Below are positions 15,712 to 24,475 of a stretch of DNA of 33,787 bases, piece by piece. This DNA comes from an uncultured Candidatus Saccharibacteria bacterium. Its GTDB lineage: Bacteria; Patescibacteriota; Minisyncoccia; Phycocordibacterales; UBA9973. Below the pieces are notes generated by a model. It was not told the origin of the DNA. It did not search any database and worked only from the letters and a program-made list of their open reading frames with translations. The stretch's first letter is position 1. Each line of letters starts with the position of its first letter. The position numbers and the translations under genes were made by a program. Location of the stretch: the NCBI GenBank assembly GCA_964368775.1, contig CAYJCX010000001.1, forward strand, positions 9,216-43,002, read 5' to 3'.

Positions 15712-18700
15712 ATGGAAGAAGAAAAAAACATACCAAAAACATCTAACGAGCGTGAATTAGACATCATAGCTTTTTGGAAGAAAAATAAAATCTTTGAAGA
15801 ATCACTGGAGAAAAAATCTGACCGTGGTGAATTCATATTTTATGATGGGCCGCCTACTGCTAACGGTCGCCCTGGTATTCACCATTTGGAAGCTCGCGCT
15901 TTTAAAGATGCAATTCCAAGATATAAAACCATGCAGGGATTCCATGTTCGCCGCAAAGGCGGCTGGGATACACACGGTCTACCAGTGGAGCTTGAAGTTG
16001 AAAAACAACTTGGACTAACAGATAAAAAACAAATTGAAGAATACGGAATAGATAAATTTAACCAAAAATGTAAAGAAAGCGTTTGGACTTATATAGATGA
16101 ATGGGAAAAATTTACCAATCGTAGCGCGTACTGGGTAGACAGTAAAAACCCATATGTTACTTATGATTCATCTTATATTGAATCTCTTTGGAGCATCGTA
16201 AAAACAGTTGAAGATAAAAAATTACTTTATAAGGATTACCGTATTGTGCCATGGTGTGCACGTTGCGGAACGGCACTGTCGTCTCACGAATTAGCGCAAG
16301 GTTATAAAGATGTAAAAGATTTATCTGTAACTGCAAAATTTAAAGTAGTAGGGCAGGAGAATACTTTTCTTTTAGCTTGGACTACAACTCCGTGGACATT
16401 GCCCGGCAACGTGGCTCTAGCTGTAAATGAAAAATTAGAATATGTAAAAATTCTAGTAGGCAATGAATATTATATTTTAGGCAAAGAAAGGCTTTCTATA
16501 ATAGAAGGTGAGTATGGAATAATCGAAGAATTTACCGGAGAAAAATTGTTAGGTCTAGAATATCTTCCGCTATATTCATATTTCGGGAATCTAATTAATG
16601 GAGAACAAAAAAATAATTTAGAAAAGGCTTACAAAGTATATTCAGCAGATTTTGTAACAGCAAATGATGGTACAGGTATCGTCCATACTGCCGTAATGTA
16701 TGGGCAAGATGACTTTGAATTAGGTACAAAACTTGGTCTACCTAAATTCCATTTAGTTAGTGACAACGGGCATTTTATAGATGGTATGGAATTCTTGTCA
16801 GGCCGCTTTGTAAAAGATGAGCAGGTTGCAATAGACATAATTAAAGATTTAGCAAACAGAGACGGTGGTAGTTTGTTGTTTAAAAAAGAAAAATTTGAAC
16901 ACAGTTACCCACATTGTTGGCGTTGTTCTACGCCGCTGGTTTATTACGCGCGTGATTCTTGGTATATCCGCATGAGTTCTCTTCGTGATAGTCTTGTATC
17001 AAGTAATGATTTTATAAATTGGAATCCAACGCACATTGGTCAGGGTAGATTTGGCGAATGGCTAAGAGAAGTAAAAGATTGGGCAATTTCCCGCGAGAGA
17101 TACTGGGGGACGCCTCTACCTGTATGGGAAGATAGTGTTGGAACCAGACATATTTTTACAAATCGCGATGAACTAAAAAATGCAACAAAAAGATCTGGTA
17201 ATAAATATGTAATGATGCGCCATGGTCAAGCTGAAAGTAATTTGACCGGAATTTGTTCTTATGCAACCGGGGATGTTACTCCACTAACAGAATTAGGACG
17301 TAATCAAGTTAAAGCGGCAGCAGAAGAATTGCGGACTAAGAAAATTGATCTTATTTATATTTCACCATTTTTGCGTACGAGACAAAGTGCGGAAATAGTT
17401 GCTGATGTTCTTGGCTTGCCACATGTAAATATTATTGAAGACAAAAGACTAATAGACTTGAATGTGGGTATTTTTGAAGGTAAGACTTGGAAAGAATATT
17501 TTGAATTTTTTGAAAATAAAAATCGTTTTACCGAGCCAGCTCCTGGCGGCGAAACTGTTACCGATGTAAAACGTCGAGTAGGAGAAGCCCTGTACGAAAT
17601 GGATGAAAATCTAAAAGACAAGAATATTTTAATTCTTGGACATGGAATTACTCTTTGGATGCTAGAGTCTGTTGCCCAGGGTGCAAATAATAAAGAGACA
17701 TTAGTAATTCGCGAAGAACTAAATCATCATCCACACCAAGATTCACTACCTAACGCGTCTTGGAGAGATTTAGACTTTACTCCATTACCCCACAATATTG
17801 ATTTTGAACTAGATTTACATCGCCCGTATATTGATGAATATCCAGTGTTTGACGAGCAGGGTGAAAAATTAAATCGAGTAAAAGAAGTTATGGATGTTTG
17901 GTTTGATTCCGGAGCCATGCCTTTTGCGCAAGATGGCTATCCAAGATTAACCGACAAAATTCATTTCCCAGCAGACTATATTTGTGAAGCAGTAGACCAA
18001 ACACGTGGTTGGTTTTATACATTACATGCAGTAGGAGCTTTAACTGGTATGGGGGCGGCATATAAAAATGTTATTTGTTTGGGTCATATCTTAGACAAAA
18101 ATGGACTAAAGATGAGTAAATCCAAAGGCAACGTAGTAAACCCGTGGGATATGTTTGAAAAATATGGTGCGGATGCACTGCGATTTTGGATGTATTCTGT
18201 AAACCAGCCAGGGGATTCTAAAAATTTTGATGAAAAAACTGTAGACGAAATAGTTAAAAAAGTTTTTAATCTTACACGCAATGTTTTAGCGTTTTATGAT
18301 TTACATCGAAATCGTGAGGACGAATTAAACTATAGTTTAGAAAACAAAGCAGAGAATCCTTTAGATATTTGGATTTTGGTAAAATTAAATAAACTTATTT
18401 CCAATAATACAATCGCGATGGATAATTATGATCTATTTTCTGCATCACGTAATATTCGTGAATTTGTTGATGAATTATCTACTTGGTATTTGAGACGCTC
18501 TAGAGAATCTTTACGCGAAGGCAATGCTAGCGCAATACAAACATTATATGTTGTCTTAAAAAATTTAGCATTACTAATGGCACCATTGGCTCCTTTTACT
18601 GCCGAAGATTTATGGATGAATTTGCGTACCAGTAATGATACTACCAGTGTACATCTTGCAGATTGGCCAAAATCTATAGAAATTCCAGAAGCAGATTTTG

Positions 18701-19161
18701 TCTTAGAATCTATGGAAAAAGTACGCAGTATTGTTAGCGGTGGTCATGCAATGCGTAAAGATCTAAATATTCCTGTACGTCAACCTTTAGCTAAATTATA
18801 TGTTACTGAAAAAATAGAAGATGACTATATTCCAATAATTTGTGACGAACTAAATGTTAAAGCTGTAATCATTGGTAAGAAATTTGAGTTAGATTCTGAA
18901 ATCACTTCAGATCTAAAATCTGAAGGAATGTATAGAGAATTCTTGCGTTATATTCAAGACTTGCGCAAAACTTCAGGATTAATGCCGGGTCAATTAGTTT
19001 CTCTGCATTTAGGGACTAATAATTCCGGTAAAGATTTTATTGGTCTTTGGCAAGATTCATTAATGGCCGAAGCTTCTATCTCCGAAATAATTTTTGAAGA
19101 AACAGTAGCGGGTCCAAATGTTGTAATCGACGAATTAGAATTTGTTGGTAAATTTGTATGA
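15712..19161 (+). CDS. ileS: Isoleucine--tRNA ligase (type 2-like) carrying an inserted histidine-phosphatase domain
   Basis: GPPTANGRPGIHH, the editing-domain TTTPWTLPGN, WGTPLPVW, DVWFDSGAMPF, KMSKSKGN, and the upstream T-box. At 1149 aa it includes an extra module of about 190 aa. Confidence 0.95.
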   Translation: MEEEKNIPKTSNERELDIIAFWKKNKIFEESLEKKSDRGEFIFYDGPPTANGRPGIHHLEARAFKDAIPRYKTMQGFHVRRKGGWDTHGLPVELEVEKQLGLTDKKQIEEYGIDKFNQKCKESVWTYIDEWEKFTNRSAYWVDSKNPYVTYDSSYIESLWSIVKTVEDKKLLYKDYRIVPWCARCGTALSSHELAQGYKDVKDLSVTAKFKVVGQENTFLLAWTTTPWTLPGNVALAVNEKLEYVKILVGNEYYILGKERLSIIEGEYGIIEEFTGEKLLGLEYLPLYSYFGNLINGEQKNNLEKAYKVYSADFVTANDGTGIVHTAVMYGQDDFELGTKLGLPKFHLVSDNGHFIDGMEFLSGRFVKDEQVAIDIIKDLANRDGGSLLFKKEKFEHSYPHCWRCSTPLVYYARDSWYIRMSSLRDSLVSSNDFINWNPTHIGQGRFGEWLREVKDWAISRERYWGTPLPVWEDSVGTRHIFTNRDELKNATKRSGNKYVMMRHGQAESNLTGICSYATGDVTPLTELGRNQVKAAAEELRTKKIDLIYISPFLRTRQSAEIVADVLGLPHVNIIEDKRLIDLNVGIFEGKTWKEYFEFFENKNRFTEPAPGGETVTDVKRRVGEALYEMDENLKDKNILILGHGITLWMLESVAQGANNKETLVIREELNHHPHQDSLPNASWRDLDFTPLPHNIDFELDLHRPYIDEYPVFDEQGEKLNRVKEVMDVWFDSGAMPFAQDGYPRLTDKIHFPADYICEAVDQTRGWFYTLHAVGALTGMGAAYKNVICLGHILDKNGLKMSKSKGNVVNPWDMFEKYGADALRFWMYSVNQPGDSKNFDEKTVDEIVKKVFNLTRNVLAFYDLHRNREDELNYSLENKAENPLDIWILVKLNKLISNNTIAMDNYDLFSASRNIREFVDELSTWYLRRSRESLREGNASAIQTLYVVLKNLALLMAPLAPFTAEDLWMNLRTSNDTTSVHLADWPKSIEIPEADFVLESMEKVRSIVSGGHAMRKDLNIPVRQPLAKLYVTEKIEDDYIPIICDELNVKAVIIGKKFELDSEITSDLKSEGMYREFLRYIQDLRKTSGLMPGQLVSLHLGTNNSGKDFIGLWQDSLMAEASISEIIFEETVAGPNVVIDELEFVGKFV
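17200..17775 (+). other. In-frame histidine phosphatase superfamily (PGM/CobC-like, branch 1) domain inserted in IleRS
   Basis: YVMMRHGQAESN (RHG at 17218-17226), LTELGRNQ, IYISPFLRTRQSAE, PGGETVTDVKRRV, ILILGHGITLW (His codon at 17641-17643). Boundaries are approximate. Confidence 0.8.
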
Positions 19162-19598
19162 CATCACTGTTCTTAACCATTGCTCGACTGTTACGTGTGT
19201 TTAAACGCAGTATAAAAGATTCTGAATTCCGAAAGCTATTTTTGATTGTTTTTGCACTGCTTGTTTCAGGGTCTTTGTTCTACCATTTAGTAGAAGGCTG
19301 GAGATACATAGATGCGCTTTATTTTAGCGTTACTACGTTAACGACTGTTGGTTCTCCAATTATTCCATATCATGACGTTAGCAAGGTTTTCACTATTGTA
19401 TATTTACTTGTAGGTATTGGGGTAATGCTTTCATTTTTAGCACGTGTTGCAGAACAAGCAAAGAAAGAATCTTCTGTTGCAAAAGCTATGGCTATTGAAT
19501 CTTACGAAACAACAAAACAAGTTTTAAATTATTTCGGGTCAATTTTTGAAGACAAGAAAGATCTTATCAAAGATAAAAAGAAAGATTTAAACTCTTAA
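19158..19598 (+). CDS. Two-TM potassium-channel-like protein (Ion_trans_2-like) with a non-canonical filter
   Basis: The EGWRYIDALYFSVTTLTTVGSPIIP pore-helix/filter region lies between two TM helices. The start overlaps the ileS stop (ATGA). Confidence 0.7.
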   Translation: MTSLFLTIARLLRVFKRSIKDSEFRKLFLIVFALLVSGSLFYHLVEGWRYIDALYFSVTTLTTVGSPIIPYHDVSKVFTIVYLLVGIGVMLSFLARVAEQAKKESSVAKAMAIESYETTKQVLNYFGSIFEDKKDLIKDKKKDLNS

Positions 19599-19603
19599 AT
19601 AAT

Positions 19604-20155
19604 ATGGCATATGATGTTTATACATTGTCTGGTTTTATTTTAGAGGTCAAAGACGTTGGCGAATTTGATAAGAGAATAACTTTATTCTCTAAAGAAAGAG
19701 GCATAATAGAAGCTAAAGCAATTAGTTCTGGCAAACCAGGTTCTAAACTGCGCGGATTTTTAGTACGTTTCTGTTTTGTCTATATTGATGTAGTTCATGG
19801 GCGAACAGGGTATAGATTAATTCGGGCCCGCAGCGGTGATCAAGGTTTTTTAATCCACAAAAAAGAAGCTTATTTTGTTTTAGCCCGATTTTCTAAATTA
19901 ATTGGGTCTATACTGCCAGAAGAAGTCCTGCACGAAGGCACATTCCAAACTTTTTTTAATTTAATGGAATTTTTAGAAAAAAATATAATTACAGATAATA
20001 AAATAAATACTACCTATTACTATTATGCATTAAGACTTTTTAAAGAGCTTGGTTATGTAGACAAAGGTAAAAACATCGAAAACATTCCAGATTCTATTAT
20101 GCAAAAAGAATACGAATATGTTTTAAATGAAAATGGAATAACTTATATGATATAA
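19604..20155 (+). CDS. recO: RecO-like DNA repair protein (short form)
   Basis: The N-terminal OB-fold pattern (GFILEVKDVGEFDKRITLFSKERGIIEAKA..G..SKLRG) resembles RecO. There is no clear zinc motif and the protein is shorter than typical. Confidence 0.5.
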   Translation: MAYDVYTLSGFILEVKDVGEFDKRITLFSKERGIIEAKAISSGKPGSKLRGFLVRFCFVYIDVVHGRTGYRLIRARSGDQGFLIHKKEAYFVLARFSKLIGSILPEEVLHEGTFQTFFNLMEFLEKNIITDNKINTTYYYYALRLFKELGYVDKGKNIENIPDSIMQKEYEYVLNENGITYMI

Positions 20156-20156
20156 T
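20148..20156 (+). promoter_or_regulatory. Extended -10 box (TGaTATAAT) 8 nt upstream of ATG 20165
   Basis: Read directly. Overlaps the recO stop codon. Confidence 0.35.
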
Positions 20157-20164
20157 AAATCTAT

Positions 20165-22051
20165 ATGAGTGATGACCGCCAAGGTGAACCAGATTTTATA
20201 GATAAAAGAGAAACAGATCTCTATAGTACAGGGCGTCCATCGCCAACAGTACAAAATCATCCTTTAAAAGGGACTTCTTTTAAATTACGAACTCCAATAT
20301 CACGAAACCCTGTAATTGGCGATTCTAGATCCAGAACTTCTTTTGCTAAAAAGTTTTTTTTAGTATCTATTTTAATTCTAATTATTGCAGCTTTTTATAC
20401 TGCGTACAGGTTATTTTTTTCTGAATCAAGGGAAGATTTTGTAGCTCGTCATATAGATATTGCAATTGTCACTGCACCTTTTACCAAAGGTGGTGAAGAA
20501 CTACCTGTAGCTATAAATATTATTAATCGCAACAATGTAACTCTGAAAGCCGTCCATGCGGAAATAGAATATCCCCGTGGTAGTGAAGCCGTTACTAGAG
20601 ACGATTTCGAAAGGCAGACTTTGGATTTGGGTGATATTCCTAGCGGAGGAGAAGCCAGTAGAAATATCAATGTTGTTCTTTATGGTGAACAAGGTACTAC
20701 TAAAAATATAAAAGTCATATTAGATTATTCTCTGCCGGATTCTTCTTTAACTTATAATAAATCCGGCTCTAGTTCTTTAACTATTAGTTCTTCTCCTGTA
20801 ATCGTAGAAATAGATGCTCCCAAAGATATTTCACCGGGACAGCTTTATACTTTGCGTGCTCGTATTACTCAAAATACAAAGACCTTGCCAGTAGGTGCAC
20901 TGTTAAACGTTTCTTACCCACGTGACTTTACACCAGAATCAGTGTCTCGGGTTGTAACTTATGGTGTTAGTACTTGGGCATTAAAAACAACTAAACAGGG
21001 AGACTACGAAGATTTAGTTATTAATGGTCGTTTTTCTTCACAAGAAGGAGATGAAAGATCATTCCGTTTTACTATTGGGATACCTTTGGAAAATGATGCT
21101 ACTTCTATTAAAACTAGCTATGTTTCCAAAACCCATGTAGTTTCGTTATCAAAGCCACTACTGGATGCTTATATCTTGCTTGGTAATGAAAAAGCCAAGA
21201 CTATCGCTGTAAATCCAGACAGTTACATTAACGGTACATTGGTTTATCGTAATCGTTACAATACTGCAGTTATAGACCCTGTGTTTAAAATAAATATTAC
21301 AGGTTCAGCGCTAGATGAATCTTCTATTTCTCCGGTAGATGGATTTTATAATTCAACAAAAAAAGAAATCTTTTGGGATAAAAATACCAACGAAAGATTA
21401 GTTAGCATACCGGCTGGCGGCGAAGGCAAGTTAAGCTTTACATTTCGTGTATTGCCTAGAAGTATCGATGGTCCAGTTGTGGTTCGTGATCCATCGGTTA
21501 GTTTATCTTTATCTTTTTCTGGTATGCGAGATGATGGTAGCAGTGTTGTCCAGTCTTTAGAGAATGTAGAATTAGCATCTGTACGTGTTACTACTGAGCC
21601 TAAGATTAGTATAACTAATATTTTTGCTTCAGGGGCACTGCCACCAAAAGTAAATACTGAAACAAAATACCAAGTTATGATGTCTGTTGAAAATACTCAT
21701 AATGAAATCACTGGTGCAAAATTAGTAGCTAAGATACCATTTTATGTGGAATGGGTTGGTAAAGTTACAAAGAACGAAAAAGTTTCTTATAACCCAGACA
21801 CAAGAGAGGTGGTTTGGACATTGGGTAATGTTGCCGCTGGTGCAGGGAATACCACAGCTCTCCGTAGCGCTGAAATTCAACTTTCTATAACACCATCTCT
21901 TTCTCAAATAGAATCATCTCCCGAAATTTTGCAAAATATCCGTTTTACTGGTACTGACTTGTTTTCAAATAAAGATGTAAAAGCTGTGCGTCCTAATATC
22001 ACTACCAAAATTACAGATGGCTCTTCCAAGGATGGCATCGTAGTTCAGTAA
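20165..22051 (+). CDS. Hypothetical membrane-anchored protein (628 aa) with repeated beta-rich modules
   Basis: Basic cytoplasmic N-terminus, one TM (FFLVSILILIIAAFYTAY), and a long Ser/Thr/Asn/Val-rich ectodomain with about four similarly patterned modules. Confidence 0.7.
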   Translation: MSDDRQGEPDFIDKRETDLYSTGRPSPTVQNHPLKGTSFKLRTPISRNPVIGDSRSRTSFAKKFFLVSILILIIAAFYTAYRLFFSESREDFVARHIDIAIVTAPFTKGGEELPVAINIINRNNVTLKAVHAEIEYPRGSEAVTRDDFERQTLDLGDIPSGGEASRNINVVLYGEQGTTKNIKVILDYSLPDSSLTYNKSGSSSLTISSSPVIVEIDAPKDISPGQLYTLRARITQNTKTLPVGALLNVSYPRDFTPESVSRVVTYGVSTWALKTTKQGDYEDLVINGRFSSQEGDERSFRFTIGIPLENDATSIKTSYVSKTHVVSLSKPLLDAYILLGNEKAKTIAVNPDSYINGTLVYRNRYNTAVIDPVFKINITGSALDESSISPVDGFYNSTKKEIFWDKNTNERLVSIPAGGEGKLSFTFRVLPRSIDGPVVVRDPSVSLSLSFSGMRDDGSSVVQSLENVELASVRVTTEPKISITNIFASGALPPKVNTETKYQVMMSVENTHNEITGAKLVAKIPFYVEWVGKVTKNEKVSYNPDTREVVWTLGNVAAGAGNTTALRSAEIQLSITPSLSQIESSPEILQNIRFTGTDLFSNKDVKAVRPNITTKITDGSSKDGIVVQ

Positions 22052-22083
22052 CCTTATTTAGAAGTGCTGGGCTAAAATATCTA

Positions 22084-22092
22084 TGCTACAAT
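22084..22092 (+). promoter_or_regulatory. Extended -10 box (TGcTACAAT) 7 nt upstream of ATG 22100
   Basis: Read directly. Confidence 0.5.
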
Positions 22093-22099
22093 AGCTAAT

Positions 22100-23482
22100 A
22101 TGGATTCCCAGAATGATATATTCGAAAAGGTTGTTAACTTAACCAAAAGACGTGGTTTTATTTACCCATCTTCTGAAATTTACGGAGGTTTTGGGGGTGT
22201 TTATGACTACGGCCCAATGGGTGTACTGCTCGCAAATAACATAAAGAATCAGTGGTGGAAAACCATGGTTCAAAAAAGACCTGATATTGTAGGACTCGAC
22301 AGTGGTATATTTATGTCGCCCAAAATTTGGGTAGCATCTGGTCATGTGTCTGGTTTCTCTGACCCATTGATAGAAAATAAAAAAACTCACGAGCGTGTTC
22401 GTGCTGACCATATCTTAGAAGATATCGGTATACTTGCTGATGAAAAAATGAGTATTGAAGAAATAAATAACCTTCTTCAAGATAATAAAGAAGCCTTGAA
22501 AAAGAATGGCTACAATATAAATGATTTTACACCAGCCAAACGTTTTAATTTACTTGTAGAATCAAATCTTGGAGATTTTACCGGCACAGGTGAAAATAAA
22601 TCTTATCTTCGCGGAGAGACTTGTCAGGGGATATACGTAAACTATAAAAATGTATTAGATACTACCAGTGTAAAATTACCTTTTGGGATAGCTCAAATTG
22701 GTAAAGCTTTTCGTAATGAAATTGCTGCACGACAATTTGTATTTCGTACTCGTGAATTCGAGCAAATGGAAATGCAATATTTTATAACACCCGGTGATGA
22801 AATGGCCGAATACGAAGCCTTGAAAGAATACCGCTGGAAATCTCTTTTAGCTCTTGGTTTAAAAGAAGAGAATTTAAAATGGCACAAACATGAAAATTTA
22901 GTTTTTTATGCTAAAGAAGCTTACGACATAGAATTTAAATATCCTTTTGGTTTTAAGGAACTTGAAGGTATTCATGCTCGTGGTAATTATGATTTAACTC
23001 AGCATAGTGCCCACAGTGGCCAAAAGTTAGAATATTTTGATGAAGAAAAGAAAGAGCATTTTATTCCACACATTATAGAATCCAGTGTGGGGGTAGGCCG
23101 TCTTGTTTTAGCAATACTATGTCAAAGCTATGATGAAGAAGTCGTAGGGGATGATACTCGCATAGTAATGCGTATACCAAAGAAGATTGCGCCTATTCAG
23201 GTAGCAATATTGCCATTGTCTAAAAAAGAAGAATTGTCTTTGCCAGCAAGCGCATTGTTTGAAGAGTTATCTGAGAATTTTATGTGCCAGTATGATGAGA
23301 CTCAGTCTATTGGTAAACGTTATCGTAGACAAGACGAAATTGGTACCCCGTACTGTATTACTTATGACTTTGATTCTATAAATGATAATGCTGTAACAGT
23401 ACGCGACCGTGACACTATGGCCCAAGAGCGTATCTCAATATCCGAGCTTGTGGTATATTTAGAAGCAAAGCTTAAAGAATAA
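22100..23482 (+). CDS. glyQS: Glycine--tRNA ligase (alpha2 dimeric type)
   Basis: KRRGFIYPSSEIYGG..GVYDYGPMG, FRNEIAARQFVFRTREFEQME, a C-terminal anticodon-binding domain, and a 460-aa size. Confidence 0.95.
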   Translation: MDSQNDIFEKVVNLTKRRGFIYPSSEIYGGFGGVYDYGPMGVLLANNIKNQWWKTMVQKRPDIVGLDSGIFMSPKIWVASGHVSGFSDPLIENKKTHERVRADHILEDIGILADEKMSIEEINNLLQDNKEALKKNGYNINDFTPAKRFNLLVESNLGDFTGTGENKSYLRGETCQGIYVNYKNVLDTTSVKLPFGIAQIGKAFRNEIAARQFVFRTREFEQMEMQYFITPGDEMAEYEALKEYRWKSLLALGLKEENLKWHKHENLVFYAKEAYDIEFKYPFGFKELEGIHARGNYDLTQHSAHSGQKLEYFDEEKKEHFIPHIIESSVGVGRLVLAILCQSYDEEVVGDDTRIVMRIPKKIAPIQVAILPLSKKEELSLPASALFEELSENFMCQYDETQSIGKRYRRQDEIGTPYCITYDFDSINDNAVTVRDRDTMAQERISISELVVYLEAKLKE

Positions 23483-23486
23483 TATT

Positions 23487-23699
23487 ATGTTAGAAGGCCA
23501 ACCAAAAAATCAAGAACAAGAAAAGCCTGATGACAATTTTGACAGGCAAAAGTACATTGATCTTTATCATGAAAGAGTAAAGTTATATTCCGAAGGACCA
23601 CAATTATCTTACAATGACGATGATAGTGGAACCAAATTGAAGACTAGTGATGATTTAGATCACCATAATCATGAAATAGATTTAGATAAAGATTTCTAA
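23487..23699 (+). CDS. Hypothetical acidic protein (70 aa)
   Basis: The ORF starts 4 nt after glyQS and ends just before a strong terminator. No motif recognised. Confidence 0.35.
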   Translation: MLEGQPKNQEQEKPDDNFDRQKYIDLYHERVKLYSEGPQLSYNDDDSGTKLKTSDDLDHHNHEIDLDKDF

Positions 23700-23701
23700 A
23701 G

Positions 23702-23740
23702 AAAAAATTCCGGGTATTAAACCCCGGAATTTTTATTTTT
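23702..23740. terminator. Bidirectional terminator (overlaps the 3' end of the minus-strand GT2 gene)
   Basis: Stem aattccggg / cccggaatt extended by A/T pairs, 8-nt loop, T-run downstream and A-run upstream. Confidence 0.85.
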
Positions 23741-24442
23741 AAAATATTCTATTATTTTATTATTGTCGTGAGATTGTTTGTGTTCTATATCCATTCTCGC
23801 TTCCATAGATGATTTTTCTTTGGGCATTTGTGTAAATACAACAGCATTCCAAATTATTTCCAATTTACCAATTTGTTGCAACGCTTGAGATATATAAAAA
23901 TCTTCTGCCCACAAGTATAAACCCATTTGATTGTGTAAATGTATTATTGGTTCTATTCCGCCTACTTTTTCGTAGTCAGATTTTCTTACTGCAAAATTAG
24001 CCCCAGACGCGAATTGGGAAATTTTATGACTTGTATATTTTCTCCAAAAAAATTGTAAAAGCATTGAGATTTTCCAAAGAATATTGTTTGTCATTACTAC
24101 TCGTCCACCAACAATAGAAATATCTGCATCTTTATACAGTGGGGTAGTAATACGCTCTAGCCAGTGTTTGTCGGCATAGGCGTCTGCATCTATACACGCA
24201 ATAACGTCTCCAGAGACTTCGTTGAATCCAACTATCCGGGCATAGGGTTGGCCTTCTTCGCCGTTGTATTCTACTATTTTTACAAAAGGGAATTTAGCTG
24301 CTATTTCCATGGTTCTATCAGTGCAGTTATGAGCCACCAAGACTATCTCATCCGGCTTCTTATTTTGCTGCAGGACGCTTTCCAAGCATTTGGCTATGTA
24401 TTTTTCTTCATTATGGGCGATGATTAAAACCGAAATTTTCAT
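23717..24442 (-). CDS. Family 2 glycosyltransferase (paralogue A)
   Basis: MKISVLIIAHNEEKYI...DEIVLVAHNCTD and the DxD-type motif IDADA, the GT-A fold N-terminal half. Confidence 0.85.
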   Translation of the reverse strand: MKISVLIIAHNEEKYIAKCLESVLQQNKKPDEIVLVAHNCTDRTMEIAAKFPFVKIVEYNGEEGQPYARIVGFNEVSGDVIACIDADAYADKHWLERITTPLYKDADISIVGGRVVMTNNILWKISMLLQFFWRKYTSHKISQFASGANFAVRKSDYEKVGGIEPIIHLHNQMGLYLWAEDFYISQALQQIGKLEIIWNAVVFTQMPKEKSSMEARMDIEHKQSHDNNKIIEYFKNKNSGV

Positions 24443-24460
24443 GTTCTTATTATAGCATTT
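24394..24460. repeat. 67-bp perfect direct repeat, copy 1 (5' end plus promoter of GT2 paralogue A)
   Basis: ctatgtatttttcttcattatgggcgatgattaaaaccgaaattttcatgttcttattatagcattt is identical to 25366-25432. Confidence 0.95.
24449..24457 (-). promoter_or_regulatory. Extended -10 box (TGcTATAAT, minus strand) 6 nt upstream of ATG at 24442
   Basis: Reverse complement of attatagca. Lies inside the 67-bp repeat. Confidence 0.5.
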
Positions 24461-24466
24461 TATACG

Positions 24467-24475
24467 TGCTACAAT
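24467..24475 (+). promoter_or_regulatory. Extended -10 box (TGcTACAAT) 7 nt upstream of ATG 24483
   Basis: Read directly. Back-to-back with the minus-strand box. Confidence 0.5.

Noticed and set aside
15850-15890. Atypical HIGH region in IleRS (PGIHH instead of PHxGH)
   Set aside because: I believe P-G-I-H-H variants occur in a subset of type-2 IleRS sequences, so this alone is probably not anomalous. I cannot verify that without an alignment.
17200-17775. The IleRS insertion as an intein or a mobile-element remnant
   Set aside because: There is no intein-like junction chemistry (no Cys/Ser at the N-junction, no His-Asn plus Cys/Ser/Thr at the C-junction) and no endonuclease motifs. The segment instead has the full histidine-phosphatase motif set, so it is treated as a domain insertion.
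19159-19161. Possible stop-codon reassignment. TGA is used only once as a stop among roughly 40 genes (ileS), and reading through it would add only 4 codons before a TAA.
   Set aside because: Conserved proteins translate full length under the standard code with no in-frame TGA, and Trp is encoded by TGG. UGA-recoding lineages would show frequent internal TGA. TGA avoidance fits the low GC content, and here the TGA is part of an ATGA overlap with the next gene.
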